Source: Marsupella aquatica
Lineage: Eukaryota; Plantae; Marchantiophyta
Assembly (NCBI GenBank): GCA_973895155.1
Contig: OZ316892.1
Span: forward strand, 5,674,476 to 5,738,475
DNA: 64,000 nucleotides
Direction of reading: 5' to 3'
The notes under the pieces are model-generated. The model made no database searches. It was given only the letters and a program-made list of their open reading frames with translations, and was not told the origin of the DNA. Shown one piece after another: positions 38,831 to 52,520 of this stretch. How positions within the stretch are numbered: the first letter of the stretch is position 1; every line of letters starts with the position of its first letter. The translations under genes and the position numbers were made by a program.

Positions 38831-41800
38831 TGTGGGAGGGTGAGAGGGAGTGCAAGAGAGGTGATGGCCCCTCGGGGCTTTGCACGGTCAAGGTGTGGTT
38901 GCACAATGGTATTGGGAGGGGAGCATTTTAATTTTTCTCTTCCCCTTTTCCTCTTTCTTCACTCCCTCGCCACTCCATTCCTCCTCCTCTTTCTTACCTT
39001 CGGCATCATTAAATAAACCCCAAAAATGCAAAATTAAATAATGAGAAGAAAAAAAGGGAATTAAAAGCAAAATTAATTCATTTTTCTTCTTTTTAAAGTT
39101 TCATAATTATACTTTATGAATCCAAAAAGTTTGTGAGCCCCAAAAGTTTCTCCTTCCTATGTGTGCACTTTAATAAAAGAAAAAGCAACATTTAAAATGA
39201 TGTCACATAAAATCGAATCATCACATTTTGGATGATGTCACATAAGAATCATGTCATGTACTCTGTATTCTACTATATCACTTGACAGTCATCAATCAAT
39301 CAATCCAAGAGTACACAAAATTTTTAAAAGAAATCCGACGGCTCAGGGTTGATTCTTTCCATTTTCAATTTTGTAAGCACACTAAATAACTTTTTGGTAT
39401 CATTACATATTATAGAAATAGATGTATGACATTTGGTTTCACTTCTATGAAAATGACATATCATGTGCGACGAAGTGTAGACTGGGTCATTTAAATGGTT
39501 TTGATGGAAGACTTATTAAATATTCAATGGAAATATAGAGTTATTTAATTGAAAAATACATATGTGATCACATGATTGATGTTGTACAACTTTATAGAGT
39601 GTGACTAAGGTCATAAATGACCCAAATTGTTACAGGTGATGTATGACCCTCCATATGATGACCCCCCTCAAGTGTGTGTGTGTGTGGGGGGGAGGGGGGG
39701 GGCGAAGGCCCCTTGGCTGAAGTGACACATCACATCACATGTATTTCCAAAGATTTGTAGAAGAACACATAGGGCGTGTTTTATTCTTTGGCCGGCTTTA
39801 AGAACAATAGGCTTGTTTAATTGTAGAAGAAAATATGGGTAGAAACTAAAAATTTACTGGGTTAAAAGAAAGAAAAGGTGAGGCAAAACAAATAAATTTA
39901 CTTACAAGATAGGGGGTCAAACCCTAAAATGTTGCACATGATGTATGACACTCCCTTAATGACCCCCTCCAGATAAAGATCTATGAATGCAAGATTAAAC
40001 CCAAAGAATAGCATCAACTTCAGCTTTTCCAGAAATTGGTTGAAGAAGGGATAGCGTTCAGATCTCATAGTATGGATATTACAGTTGATTATTTTCCAAT
40101 TCTATATAATTATTGTGTTGAAAGACAATCATTGTTCATTTTCTAATATCGAATAGTATGGATATTGAAGTTGATACTTGCCAATTCTTTATAATCATTG
40201 TGTTGAAAGACAATCATTGTGCTGAAAGAATTGGTAGACTACTGAATCCCATATATAACCATGATCTACATTTTAAAGCAAGAAGTACTAGATGAGGGCA
40301 TATTCATCCTGCCGTGGGCAAAAACTATATTAACATTCCACTATTTTAAATCATTGGCTGAAACTGACATTCCGCTATTTTAAGTTATAAAAACTAGTCT
40401 TGCGGTTTCCCCAAATATCTATGTTCAGTTGGGTCCCAAATGTTACTGAAGTGCACTTACAAATCAATGAGGTAGATTTAACATTCCCCTAAATATTTTA
40501 AATCATAAAAATTGGTACTGTAGGTTAGCTAAATATTTGTCTTCATTTTGGTCCCAAATTCACCTTGGGACCCAAATTGCTTGTATTCCAAGAATTCCAG
40601 TCTTTATTCGGGAAGTGAATTCCAATCTTTATTCCAAAGTGAATTCCAGTGAATTCCAGTCTGAGCAAACCCGGAAGACCCAAGGGGTTTGCTGTGAAGT
40701 CAAAATGGATTTCCAAGCTTGGATGGATTGGTGCAGATTGTCTAAAAAAAAACTCAAGTGGTGCTATGAGTAAAATGTGAAGCACTCAGTCTACTCAAAG
40801 TTTCAACTACCACACATGCCAGGTAGAGTATTAAGGACCTAAATGTATCTTACAATTTATCTTTTTTATTAAATTATAAAAAAAGGTTAGAGTAACTATG
40901 TGGAGGGGAAATTTTTTGGGAGAATGGAGCAAAGCTCGCAATCAATAGTTCTCTGGCCCCTCTGACACAATATCTTCAAGATAGAAGTGGTGACAAAGTT
41001 AGTGATAGGGAAAATATTTGGGCAAAAGTGATGATTTGGTTATTGAGAGTGTCCTTTTTGGACAGAAATAAACAACAATATCAAAGCATATCTTTATGTT
41101 TTAAGCTAGGCATGCACTTTTGGTTTATCCATAAGGGCTTCATGGACAACATGCAGGTCCATCCAGACTTTAACTTCTGCTCAAACTACTCAGAGCATTC
41201 TTCACAAAAGAAAAAATGTGAATGTTCCTAAAATGATATTTGGTGCTCATGCTCAAACTACTTAGGGCGTCCTCCACATCCGTTGACAGGTTGTTATATC
41301 ATTTTTGCGCTTCAATTGAAATGGAGAAATTTATCTCAGAAAACTCTCCAACTTTGTCGGGTAATGGATTGGACATCAGAGAATACGATGGAAAAAGTTG
41401 AGCTTAAAAACAAAGATCCAAAAGATGTCCAAATAAATTCAAAAGTCTGCCAACAACCAAATGCACTAGTATTCCAAAACCACCACTTTACATACTTCAT
41501 TGGGGCACCTATAAATACCACTATGGGGTGTTCTCCTCAAAATTGAAGGGTCTTTCCAAAATCAACCCGACTTTGGAGTAAACTTGCTTATGACATTACT
41601 CACTCATGAGAAAAAGGGACATCGTCTCGTCCAGCAGGGAGTTTCAGGGTAAAAGTCTTTCTACATTGACATCTTCTGGTCCAGGACGGAGTTTCAGGGA
41701 AAAAGTCTTTCTGCAGTAATTATGAAGGATGAAGAATGCCTTCGTCATAATGGTGTCACGCCAGGTTTGGGTTATGTAGTATCCAGTTCAATCTCTCTCT

Positions 41801-41971
41801 CTCTCTGCACGTTGTGCACAAGGGTGCCTAGGTTGGGTAGGTGGGACTTTGCAGTAGCACACAGGGTTCCCCCCTTTCAAGCCATGTAGCCCCTGATACC
41901 CCCTCTGATGAATAGCCTCCGTTTGTTAATTGATGGCAAAGAATACAGGAGACTGTTTATAAAGTCAAATG

Positions 41972-42110
41972 TGTTAGACCATAACTGTTAAGTCACCAGG
42001 GTTACTTCCCTAACCCCAGTTAGGAACCCATGTAACCCTTGACACATATATAAAGTCACCTCAGGGAGAAGGAGTGTGAGTCTTGAGAAGCTTTAATTAT
42101 TTGTACTGCT
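41972..42110 (+). mobile_element. LTR 5' fragment
   Basis: TGTTAGAC start as in the 16242 LTR end read on minus, followed by TATATAAA; 3' end unclear. Confidence 0.3.
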
Positions 42111-42730
42111 TTTTGACTGTCAAGGAAAAGAAACTGATGCCTGGTTAAGTATTTGGTACTTTAGAAAGTAGGATATTTATTGGTTACGGTTCTTTACTGA
42201 TAGAGTATGTTTTGTCAGAAATTTCAACAACCTGCACCGAAAGGGTTCATGGACTTTAGAAACAGGTCTAATATCACTTCTTCATTGACAATCTTTGTGG
42301 AACCATTAAGGACTGTTATCCTTTTTGCACTTGGTGGCAGTGATGACCCACACACTACAAAGATAACTTGCTGCCTGCTGGATTCGCCGCCCGACACCAT
42401 GATGCAGGTGCGAGATGTGTGTGCCCCCATCTCCCCTGGTCAGACTTCGAATCCCTGTTACCATTCTCCCTCGCCTGTGATGGCCATGGGTCATCCGGTG
42501 GGAGTTTGCCTCCAAACTAATCCCATTTGCGCTCCACCTGCCCAACCTCTCACTCCCATCTAGGATTTCACCTGCCCACACATGAACTGACTGAATGACT
42601 TATTGTCTAGAGCCTTGCTCTGCTTGGAGCTCAAAAACTATTGCAGTTGATAGTAACAAACAGAAACTCCAACAGACCACTGACATCAATTAATAGCTGA
42701 AATGTTCCAGATCAAAGCTTATAAAGTAAA

Positions 42731-42880
42731 ATATATACACACTTTTTATAGAAAGGGACCAAACACAGTACAAAAGAACAAACAAAAGAGGGTCCGAGTG
42801 GACAAAAGCAAATGTAAAAGAAGTGAACAAAAGGGAACCTCTAAACACCAAAAAAGAGGAACTAACAATAAGAAATGAGC
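42731..42880 (-). mobile_element. Short 3'-UTR stub of the CRE-like family
   Basis: ATATACACACTTTTTATAGAAAGGGACCAAACACAGTACAAAAGAACAAAC... closely matches 47141-47290. Confidence 0.85.
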
Positions 42881-44539
42881 GTTATGTTTTAAATAAGAAA
42901 TGAGCGTTATGTTTTAAATCCATCTTTGAAGACTTCTACTGGTTAGTAAATTTTGTTTACTGACACCAAAACATTGAGACAAAAGAAATAAAGCATGTTT
43001 GGATAGGATTGATGGGTGTCCCACACGACCCAATGAGAATCAATGGAACAGATATTGTACCGTAATTCTGGATATTAAGTGATATTTTTGCACTTAAATT
43101 TTTGCCATCTAGTGAGCTTGCATTGCACTTGTGGAAACTGCAAGAAAAGTTCAATTTGGGTGGGAAATTGTAGGGAAAGACATCCTTCCATTTTTATCCA
43201 CTTTTTGCGGATATCCACGATGCACTTTAAGCACTTCCAACTGTATAGTAGATGCCAAAAGAACTTGGCATGATCCAGGATGAGTATGCTATATACAATA
43301 GTTTCATGGTTCCTTCTATTCATTTTGAATGATGAGTATCCACCACGTAGTCAATTCCAGTGGAAGAATGATGAGTACGGAGTGACATCTTCGCAACACA
43401 CTTCCAAAATTCTTCATTAAGAATTTGACTCAACCTACTACTTATTGTCGCACATCCATGGATACAGATTCTAAGTAACGCTTGATAGATTGTCCTAGCA
43501 AAATGGGTCCTATGAGTGATGAGAGGGCTAGGGAGGGAGGGAGGGAGGGAGGGAGGGACACAGCAAACCCCTTTCAGACACAACATACACGGTGCATCTG
43601 CTATTAATTAGCATGTGAGGTTTGCCATGTACGTCCGGGCGTGGGTCCCTGGCTGGGTTCAATTCAACCAAATTCATATGTAGCGATTGCAATGAATCCC
43701 AAAGCCAAACAATGTGTAGAAAACCTTTGTTGCACTGTGGCAGAACTACAAAGAGGTCCGCATTGTGGAACACAAGTTTTACCAGGTTATTGTTTTCCTC
43801 AGGGATAGCATGATGTATTTTATATCATACCATGTGCGAGCCTGACCTAGTTAGAACACACCTATTTTATCAGGAAAATTCTAAATGATTTTCATGTTTT
43901 GAACAGGGTTTTGAATGTTAAATTACCTATTTTTATTTTACTAAGGTTTTGAAATAAAGAATTGTTGCCATTTCTGTGTTGTAAGCACCATACTGTAAGT
44001 CCTATGCTTTATAAAACTTTGGAAAATAGTATGAAAATACCTATTTTGAGGTGCATGTGGTTCCAGTGGGTTTTTGTAGCTGACCCCTGGATATCATTTT
44101 CAATGACAATCCTAATGCAAATAACTATTGTTCATGATAACCAGATTACCATTCTGGCATAGAAAAACATTTCCAGATCTGGTCTCCATCCGTGCCTTCA
44201 CTGATTAGTAAACAAAACCAGACGTGGGTCTCTTGGTGGGAGTGGCAGACAAGTCAAGAGAAGAAGATGTGCCCAATACTCGACTGTTTATGTCAAAAAG
44301 TCATAACGGCACACAACCTTTATCATGTTAGCATTATGATGGACAGTCTCAGATTGCAAATAGTAACCAATTACAACAACAGGTTAGCATTATCTTCTGG
44401 TACATTCTTGCACGCAAAACTTTTACAAGGTTATGGTTCTGTTCTGGCACCTAAAAAATTTCTTCTCTAATTATGGCATGTAATTCTTTCATAATTTTGC
44501 ATTAGAATTGTGTGGCACTTGGCCCATCCCACACACCCA

Positions 44540-44670
44540 CCCCAAACCTCCCCCACACCTACCAGTGGGAGAGGACACCTACCAGTGGGAGAGGGGGGTT
44601 TGAACTTGAAACCTGCTGGCCTGGCTGGACTCTCAATTTCTTGACCACCTGAGCTAGACTACCAAGCCCT
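44540..44670 (-). mobile_element. tRNA-derived SINE head
   Basis: On minus: A box TAGCTCAGGTGG and B-box-like AGTTCAAACCC at tRNA-like spacing; no cloverleaf. Confidence 0.55.
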
Positions 44671-44797
44671 GCACAAGTAGTTGGCATACACAACTTTTAC
44701 CAGGCTAGCATTTTGAAGACAATTGCAAATTGTAAACAGTTACCGTTCCGGACAGACAAACAGCACATCACACAAAAAACTCATTCAGTGGTTTTAA

Positions 44798-45209
44798 GAG
44801 CATCTCCACTGGTTTGGTGGCCAAGCCTCCCTAAATCATAGACGATGAGATGTGGCTTCTAGGAATTAAATTCTATTCTGCTATTAAACAGATAAACCCA
44901 CCAAAAACCCCTCAAGCTGACCTCCATTCCAGAAACAACGTTTGTAGTTTCAAGTTGGTCTGAATTGTGTGCAAATCAGTCTTTGTTGTGCCACTTTCTT
45001 TCATTGATGCAATGGAGGTCTGAATGGCAGGTTGGTTTGGGATTGCCATTCGTGCTTAAAGTGGCACTTGGCAGCTTCGATTTGGTTGGCAATCTTTAAA
45101 TACTTCCAGATCAAGGGTACCAATGAGGATACAAGAGCAAAGTTTCTCTCCATTTGGTTAATTTACTTGGCTGTTTATAGGGCATAATGAAGCACCTATG
45201 AAGATGCTC
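44798..45209. mobile_element. Tourist-like (PIF/Harbinger) MITE, 412 bp
   Basis: TIRs GAGCATCTCCACTGGT / ACCTATGAAGATGCTC (13/16) with TAA on both sides. Confidence 0.75.
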
Positions 45210-46144
45210 TAAAAGAACCTGAAGCAATGATGTTGCTCTTGATGCTCTAAAACCACCTGAAAATAATGGTGGCAATGTCAGCCAGAGAGTAATAACTAAG
45301 CTTTTACTCTGGCATCAGTAGGTTACGAGTTACTTGTGACTTGTCGCAACTCGTAACCTACCTCAACTCGAATTCAAGGTAAAAAGACTGAAAAGTACCA
45401 TTTGTACCTCAGGGACAATCATGTTTGGTCCGTGCAGAAAGTTAGTATTTTCCTCTTCAAGGTATAGCACAATGCCATAAATCGCCATTCTAGATTCCAT
45501 TTGTTTTCTTCACCAAATATTTTGTAAGTGTTTTACTCAGAATGTTTAGAATATTACTAGTACCCGCATGATTATAAACTCTCCCCAAAGTTTCACAAAA
45601 AAAGAAGCTCTAAATGCTCTAAATGCTTCACGACTGCGGAATTTGCAAGAAGACGATGAAAATACAAATCAAGTAGACACCAACGGAATTGAACAAAGAC
45701 ATAAACAAAGAAAAAAGAAAAAAGAAGCAGAACTTGATTTATTTTTCTTACTAATCAATTCCCATTCTTCCATATTTGGCTGTTCTCCCTTGATGTTACC
45801 CTAGGCGATTGAAATTAACCATGGTGAAAATGGGCATTGGTTCGACCCCATATGCATTGACATTTACAGCTAATACCCTTCAAAAAGATTTTGAGAAGTT
45901 TCTTTTAAAGACAAATCAAAAGATGCACCAAACGATACCTAGAATTGTATGAGTGTTTTAAAATTTCAATAATTAGGTACTTTTTAAGTCACCTGATGGT
46001 TTCTATGTCTGAAGTAGTGGATTCTGGGCTAGGACTCCTGGGAAACTCATTTAATGCTACGGATTGGATCTTGCCATTGAATCCTCCCAGTCATTGCATA
46101 CTGTCAATTGCACATCAAAGATAAGGGTGTATGTCACAAATTTC

Positions 46145-46507
46145 TGTTGAGCAATCAACTGTGAGGCATAGACAACATGCACATGTGCAATTTACAACAA
46201 CCACAGAAGTAGTTGCCACATGATAGTTGATTCACCTCAATCACCAGAGGTTACATCAATGGGTTCATACAAGGAGCTTTACTCCAAGTGCTTTACTGAA
46301 GCCCGTCGCCAATACTAAGTCTCCAAAAACTAAGCATCTCTATCTCCTAAATGACTCTGTAACAATGAGTTTAAGTTCCATTTATTGACTAGGTCCTGTT
46401 AGGGAACATAATACTAGCACATCTAACCTTTCCCAAACACCTGACTATGTTACAACTAGCGATAGTTACATAGTAACTCTGGATGTACAAGTAATTAATG
46501 CTTAACA
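46145..46507 (-). mobile_element. Solo LTR
   Basis: TGTTGAG...CTTAACA inverted termini; similar to 15818-16242. Confidence 0.6.
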
Positions 46508-46831
46508 AATTAATGCAATCTAGGGTGCATGGATCCACATAAGTGCAAATTATTCTCAACAATATTCATCCTAGCAAGTGAAGCCTAGAGGCAAACGTCT
46601 TCATATTGATCAATGACGTTCAGAGTTCAGTCTTCTTAAGCCCACCAGCTTTTGCAACAAACCCCCATCCCAAAGTGCAGTTCACTATAACCCTTTGCCC
46701 AAACAGGCTGGACACATGGACAAATAGAGGTCACACTCTTATCACCCAAATGGAAATACTCAGGTGAGCAACATCTCAATGGGAGCCAAGGAGTTGTAAT
46801 AATAATATAGTTTCCAAGGAACAGTCAACTT

Positions 46832-47080
46832 TGTTGAGCAAATTAGATGCTACTCCCAACACTACTCACAAGAGCAGGCCCATGTGACTATGCAACAAAG
46901 AAGTACTCGACAACAAGGATATGTGGTTCACCTCCAATGAGGCTACGTGCATGTGAGCACATAAGAGCTTTATTGTATTTCTCCATGACACAAGCACTCC
47001 CTATCTCTCAATACTGGCTTGGTAGCCTAACTATGGTTACAATTGTTGCACTAAAGTTACCTAAGAGTAAATGCATAACA
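46832..47080 (-). mobile_element. Short solo LTR with 5-bp TSD
   Basis: TGTTG...TAACA flanked by AACTT / GACTT (4/5). Confidence 0.65.
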
Positions 47081-47140
47081 GACTTGAATAATAGTGTTCA
47101 AAATAACTTTCATCCCAAAGAGTGTTTCACCAATTGAAAG

Positions 47141-50100
47141 AAATATACACACTTTTTATATACAAAGGGACCAATCAGAGTACAAATGAACAAACAAAAG
47201 AGGGCCCAAGTGGACAAAACCAATCGAAAAAGAAGTGAGCAAAAGGGAACCACTAAACACCAAGAAAGAGGAACTAAAAGTAAGAAATGAGCAATAGGGA
47301 ACCCCTAAAAACCATGAAAGAGAGACTAAAACTAACCCAAGCGGACCGAGGTCCTCAATCATTCCTAGCGAATGTGGCAAAAAGCTACTGGTCCACATCA
47401 AGGGTCAAAACTAGATCGGCAAGTGGGGTTGGAACATCCTCTAGGGGAGCTAGCCGCTGCGGAGGCACACTAGCACCCACTGTAAGAGATCGATGATAGA
47501 TGGCCCGAGCTTGAGCACGCTGCAAGGAGACTGAAATGCGTTGGCGAAAGTGCGTGGTCAAAATAGAAAGCGGGGGTCTGGTGGGACCCATGCGGCCATG
47601 AACATCCCGGGCAGCTTGCCGAAGAAGCCCATCAAACTGAGGATGAAGACGCCCAAATAGCTCCAGAGCAAGGGGGAGGAAGCTATCGGATGAAGCTCAT
47701 GTAGCATATTTGGCCTCCTTCGTTGTTGCCGCACGTGACGCTGCTGCCCCTGCCGTAGTTGCCGCTGTCCCAATGATGTCTGGGCGCAATGGGTTTGCCA
47801 CCACTACATCTGCCAATGTACGTTGACCCTCACGGACCATGGTAAGATCCACCCATAACCGCTGTGATGGAGGACCAGGTAACTCGAGTACCACCTCCCG
47901 CCGCACGCATACCAAAGAGCCAGAGAGAACCTGAGCAGTCGCATCTCGCACAGCGTCGTGAACAATAGTGGTTTCACCTCCCAAACTGCACCGAAGAAGA
48001 TGGACACCTGTGGCATCACAAGGCTTCCCACAAGTGCAAGAAAGAGGTAAACCTGCAAGAAGTGGGTGGGGCAGCCCCATACAAAGACGCATGGCTGTGG
48101 AGAACTCCGTTGAAGACATCCGCAAATGAGGAATGACTGGATTGGCCTGAAGCCATCCACCTGCGCCCTTCCCTCCGGAAGAAAGAATCCGAGCATACGC
48201 CCAGCAAGGTCTGCCTGAAGACGAACGGGATCCAAGGATAAAAACTCCTAAAAAGAAGGTAACGCGGCGCGAACGGGATCTGGTAATGAGGACCACGCTG
48301 CGCGCAAATGAACCTAAAACGGGAGGGAACCCTCCTCTACCTCCATGAGAGATGAAAGTAAAAAAGGGCGATCCTCAATAAGAAAACGATTGGCCAACAA
48401 GGAGAAGGCAGCCCACGCACCCAAAAAGGCCAAAGGTGCAAGGCTCTCAATGGAAGTAAGCCCAAAACCACCCTGCGAAATAGGAAGACTGAGTTGTCGA
48501 TGAAGCCACGGAGATGAGAGCAACGTACCCGGCCCCAAAAGAGAGGCCAGGGTCTGACGAATGGAGACATCAAATGCTCGAAGGTGGAGACAAAGATCCG
48601 CGGTAGGGGGATGCGTCCTAGCCAGATAAGACGCACGAGGGTGGATGCACCTCAACAACATCCCAAATGCTGCCTGAGAATCTGCTAACTTAGGGAGCAT
48701 AGGAGTAGAGGCTAAGGCAGCCTGTAGAGAGTCAACGATGAAAGAGGAGCAAAAGGAGGCGGTACCGACTGGGGAGCCAAGGACCCGAAGACCATCGGCT
48801 GGACATAAGAACCCTGGGGAAGCGCAAGATCAGAGGGTAACCCAGCTGGACTCCATGCATGACTCTTCACAGGCTGAACTCGTAAACCGAGGCCCATCAA
48901 ATGGGTGGAAAGAGTGGCGAGGGCAGAAGTAACCGCGGCAGGAGGACCAATGATGTGGGTGTCATCTGAAAGGGAGGGGAAGATACACTGGGGGTGGGCC
49001 ATGGCGGCTTCCCATAAAGCTGTAAAATGGGCAATGGCAAAAAGAGGCCCACCCAAAGGGTCACCCTGACAAGTACCTTCTGCAGAGGAAAGAGTGGTAT
49101 ACACACCTGTAGAGGAGTGATGACTATAGAAGAGTGGGGCCTCGAGTCCATAAAAACAACGGACAAAGGGGATCAGGGACTGGATGTCTGGATCCGCCGC
49201 CCTCAAAGCACGAAAAATGGCTGCCCGAGAAACCATATTAAAAGTGTTAGAGACATCAACCTGGAGGACAACCCAATCAGGGTGGAGGTCCAAGGTAGCT
49301 CGAATACCCGCAATAACTGTCTCACAACCGCCAGGAACGCCAACTGCAAATTGATGTGGAGAGAGATGATTCGATAGTGCAGAGCGAAACTGCGAGGAAA
49401 GTGTGCGAGACACAGGCCGAAGAAAAACCTCCCCAATAGCAATTGGCCGAACACCCGGTGAAGACTTAGCCATGGCCAATAAACGAGAAGCACTCAAGAG
49501 CCGAGAGACGGGAGGAGGCAAACGACCGGCTGCAATACACTGGCAAAAGGAGAAGAAAACTGGAAAACCAAACTGAGGATCCTCAGGGGGGAATAAATCC
49601 CGAAAATGCTCAAAGACATAGCCGGAGGGGCCACCAACAGCGCAACGCGAGGCATGGAGGAAAGCATAGGTGAAGTGGTCCCTACTAAACTGAAGATCCT
49701 CCTCAGGCTCAAAATCCTCTACGAACAAAGGGAGCTGATCATGGGGTTGCGGATGGAGAACCTGAAGGGCCGACGAGGTGACCTCGCCAGGGGGCGCTGG
49801 TGTGGTGGGAGAAAGGGCCTGGACAGCCCGACGATATTCACCAGCCTGGGCTAAACGACAAGAGCGACAAAGACGTCGATGCTCAGGGGGGTGAGAGTGG
49901 CGGGCTGGGTCAGACAAAGCACGGGCGGTAAAAGACCGGGCGCGAAGAAAGTACTCTTCCTGAAGCTGCTCCCAATCTCCCCGAAAAAACGATGGATACG
50001 AGAGGCAGTCTCACGGTGACCCACACGACCACCATGACTAGGGAGGGTAAGAGACCAGTGTGGAAAAAGCATCAGTAAAGACCAGTAAGAGACCTCCATA

Positions 50101-50520
50101 GGATGCGCCAAGATAAGCTGCATGAGTTGCAACAAGGAGAATCGAACTAAAGGGCGCAGCGCCAGAGGAATGTGGTTATAAAGACGAGGTCTAATGTACC
50201 CTGGATGGTAGGTTGGAAGGGGGTCTAGAGTGCGAACCCAACTCCATGCCTGCTCGGGAGCCTCCGAGGAGGGAGGGGCAGAGCTAACCGGGTCAATAGG
50301 GGCTGAGGCTGGGATTGTGCTTGCTGGCGACGATGGCACCGGCCCCACCCGCGATGATGAGGGAGGGAGATGCCAACCCATCCACAGTCAGGACAAGTAT
50401 GCAGGGGACGCTCGTCCGGGGAGGGAGCAGGGAAAGACTGGACAGGAGGTGGGGGTGGAACAGATGTGGACGAGGAGGCCGGAGGAGGATGATGAATGGC
50501 CCTTTGCACACAAAATACTT
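47141..50520 (-). mobile_element. Long RLE-type (CRE-like) non-LTR retrotransposon, copy B; single ORF broken by stops, frameshifts and a ~50-bp deletion near 48193
   Basis: N-terminal zinc finger CPDCGWVGISLPHHRGWGRC, GVRPIAIGEVF, HQFAVGVPGGCE, QVDVSNTFN, QGDPLGGPLF, LSDD, CCHC and RLE motifs; ORF ends at 47385. Confidence 0.92.
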
Positions 50521-50579
50521 CACATTTAGAAAATTGGAGGTCGTGGGCTTATCACCTAAACGGCTTTGGGCAGGCGGGC

Positions 50580-51210
50580 ATGATCTAACCCCAACGAGAT
50601 ATGATACTCAACTGAATACCAGTTGCCTGTACGAACCCCATGCCAAAGTGGGGCTTGTCGAAACACTTTACACACGAAAATCTTGACAATTAACAATTAA
50701 TAAGATGAGAGATCAGACTTTCCCACCGAAATGGATAGCATCTAAATATGGGACCCAGGGAGTTACAGTAAATTAGTATCTGAGAGGAACATCCTACATG
50801 AAAACTAGTGGCCATCACCCAAACCCAAATCACCAAATGGGAAGGACGAGAGCATCTAAATGGGACCCAAGGACTTGGAATAAATGAGTTGCCCATTAAA
50901 TGTTAATGGGACCCAACGAGTTGTAATAAATGAGCTTCCCATGAACCTCGTCCTGAATGCTAGTGACCCGTATACTTTTGCACCAACCCCCAGCCTAAAG
51001 TGGGGTACTAAAACCCTTTCCACACAAAAGACTTAAAACACTTTCGAGGAAAGACTTAAACACTAACATGAGGTCACCCTCTTATCAAGAAAATGAAAAT
51101 GGGGAGATGAGAAGCATGTAACTGGGACCCAATGAATTTCCATGAACAGCTATCTGGATACTAGTGGCCAGGAAGCTGTGGCACCAAAGCCCCTTACACA
51201 CAAAACAAAA
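50580..51210. repeat. Degenerate higher-order repeat beside the 5' end of copy B
   Basis: Recurrent TGGGACCCA(A/G), TAGTG(G/A)CC, ATAAATGAG and TTACACAC/TTCCACAC blocks. Confidence 0.5.
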
Positions 51211-52520
51211 ACAACTTTTTGGCTTCCGAAAAATTAGAGATCTGGCTCTTATCCCATGAATGGAAATGGAACGGTCACCTGACTATATACTAGTGGCTCG
51301 TAAGAGAAGCTCAGGTGTGAGCAAAGGGCCCACCATGGAAAGGCATTCCTTGTCTTCTTCGTTGCTGTCTGTCATTTTGGTTTCGGATCGCTTCGTACTC
51401 CGTAGGTGCCTTGCATGCTCAGGTTCGCTGCATTCGTCAGCTAGATTCGAGATGGATATTTTGGGGGAGCATACTGGTGGCTGAGAGATGAGGACCACGA
51501 GACAAGATCGACGAGGACCATGAGGTTTGGATCCTATATTCCTGTCAGGCCCGACACAGTGCTTTGATTTGCAGCAACAGCAACAGCCTCCCCCAGCCAT
51601 TTATAATCGCTTCCACGATTTCAGGCTTTCGTGCTTGGTGAAATGAAAGTTGTTGGATAAAAGTACGGGCTTGGAAAGTCGGAGTTGGGAAGCATTGAGC
51701 ATTGTGTTCTGCGCCTTGGATCAGTAGGAGATGTGGCTTGTGACCGGGCCCCTCATTGGCCAGGAAGTCCTCGCCGCGGAGGACGCAACAGTTCTGAGCC
51801 ACAAACGATGAGCTGCCATAATTCGGGTCTGCCTTGAAATGATTACTTTAGTACTGGACAGTAACGTATCAGACGATGAGACGGGCTGCCATTTGCCAGA
51901 CGCCCTCAGATCTTTTGGGCTGCAATTTATTAGGGAGGATGCTGGAGATCGTTTCTGCTTGGCTGGCACCGCAGAACTGAAGAGCTGAGAGCGGCGTGCA
52001 AAGAAAGAAGGACGAACCCAAATCGTCGAGCCGTATCTGGACGGTGCGGGATTTTTAATTTCGCATAATTGATAATTCTGCCTCCTTGAAGGGGTCGTCT
52101 CTCGGAGTCCCGCCATCAGACTCGCCGTCGCATCGCATCGGCAGCGGCAGCGGCAGACGCGTCGAGGCCGACTCGTGAGCCTGCAGTTCGGAGTCGAAGA
52201 AGAGAGCGATCGAGAACGGCGGAGGGAAGATAATAGAGAAGAGACGTCGTTCGTTTTGCTGTAGGGGGAGCGAGAGAGTGGGACGACTGAGGAGTGAGGT
52301 TGGAGGAGCGATCATGGATACGAAGAATGGAGGGTAAAATGAAGTTGCTCTAAGGAGGGGATCCAATTTGTGCGTGTCAGTTTGTGCGAAGAATTAGATG
52401 CCTACAGAAAGACGATAGGCAGATATAGCGAACCAGACGGAGAGGGAGCACGCGAGAGAGAGGTTGGGCACAGAAGTATATAGAATTCGAGAGCCTGTGG
52501 AGGAGGCGGCGAGGGAGCAT

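Noticed and set aside
42200-43820. Possible degraded gene or transposase
   Set aside because: Fragmentary frames without any diagnostic motif.
44540-44670. tRNA gene (also 57370-57440)
   Set aside because: A and B boxes are present but no acceptor stem or cloverleaf; better explained as SINE heads.
46145-47080. TRIM formed by two adjacent LTRs
   Set aside because: The LTRs differ strongly in length and sequence, and the second has its own TSD.
51260-52366. Minus-strand ORFs of 85-131 aa
   Set aside because: No recognisable domain; likely bZIP upstream sequence.
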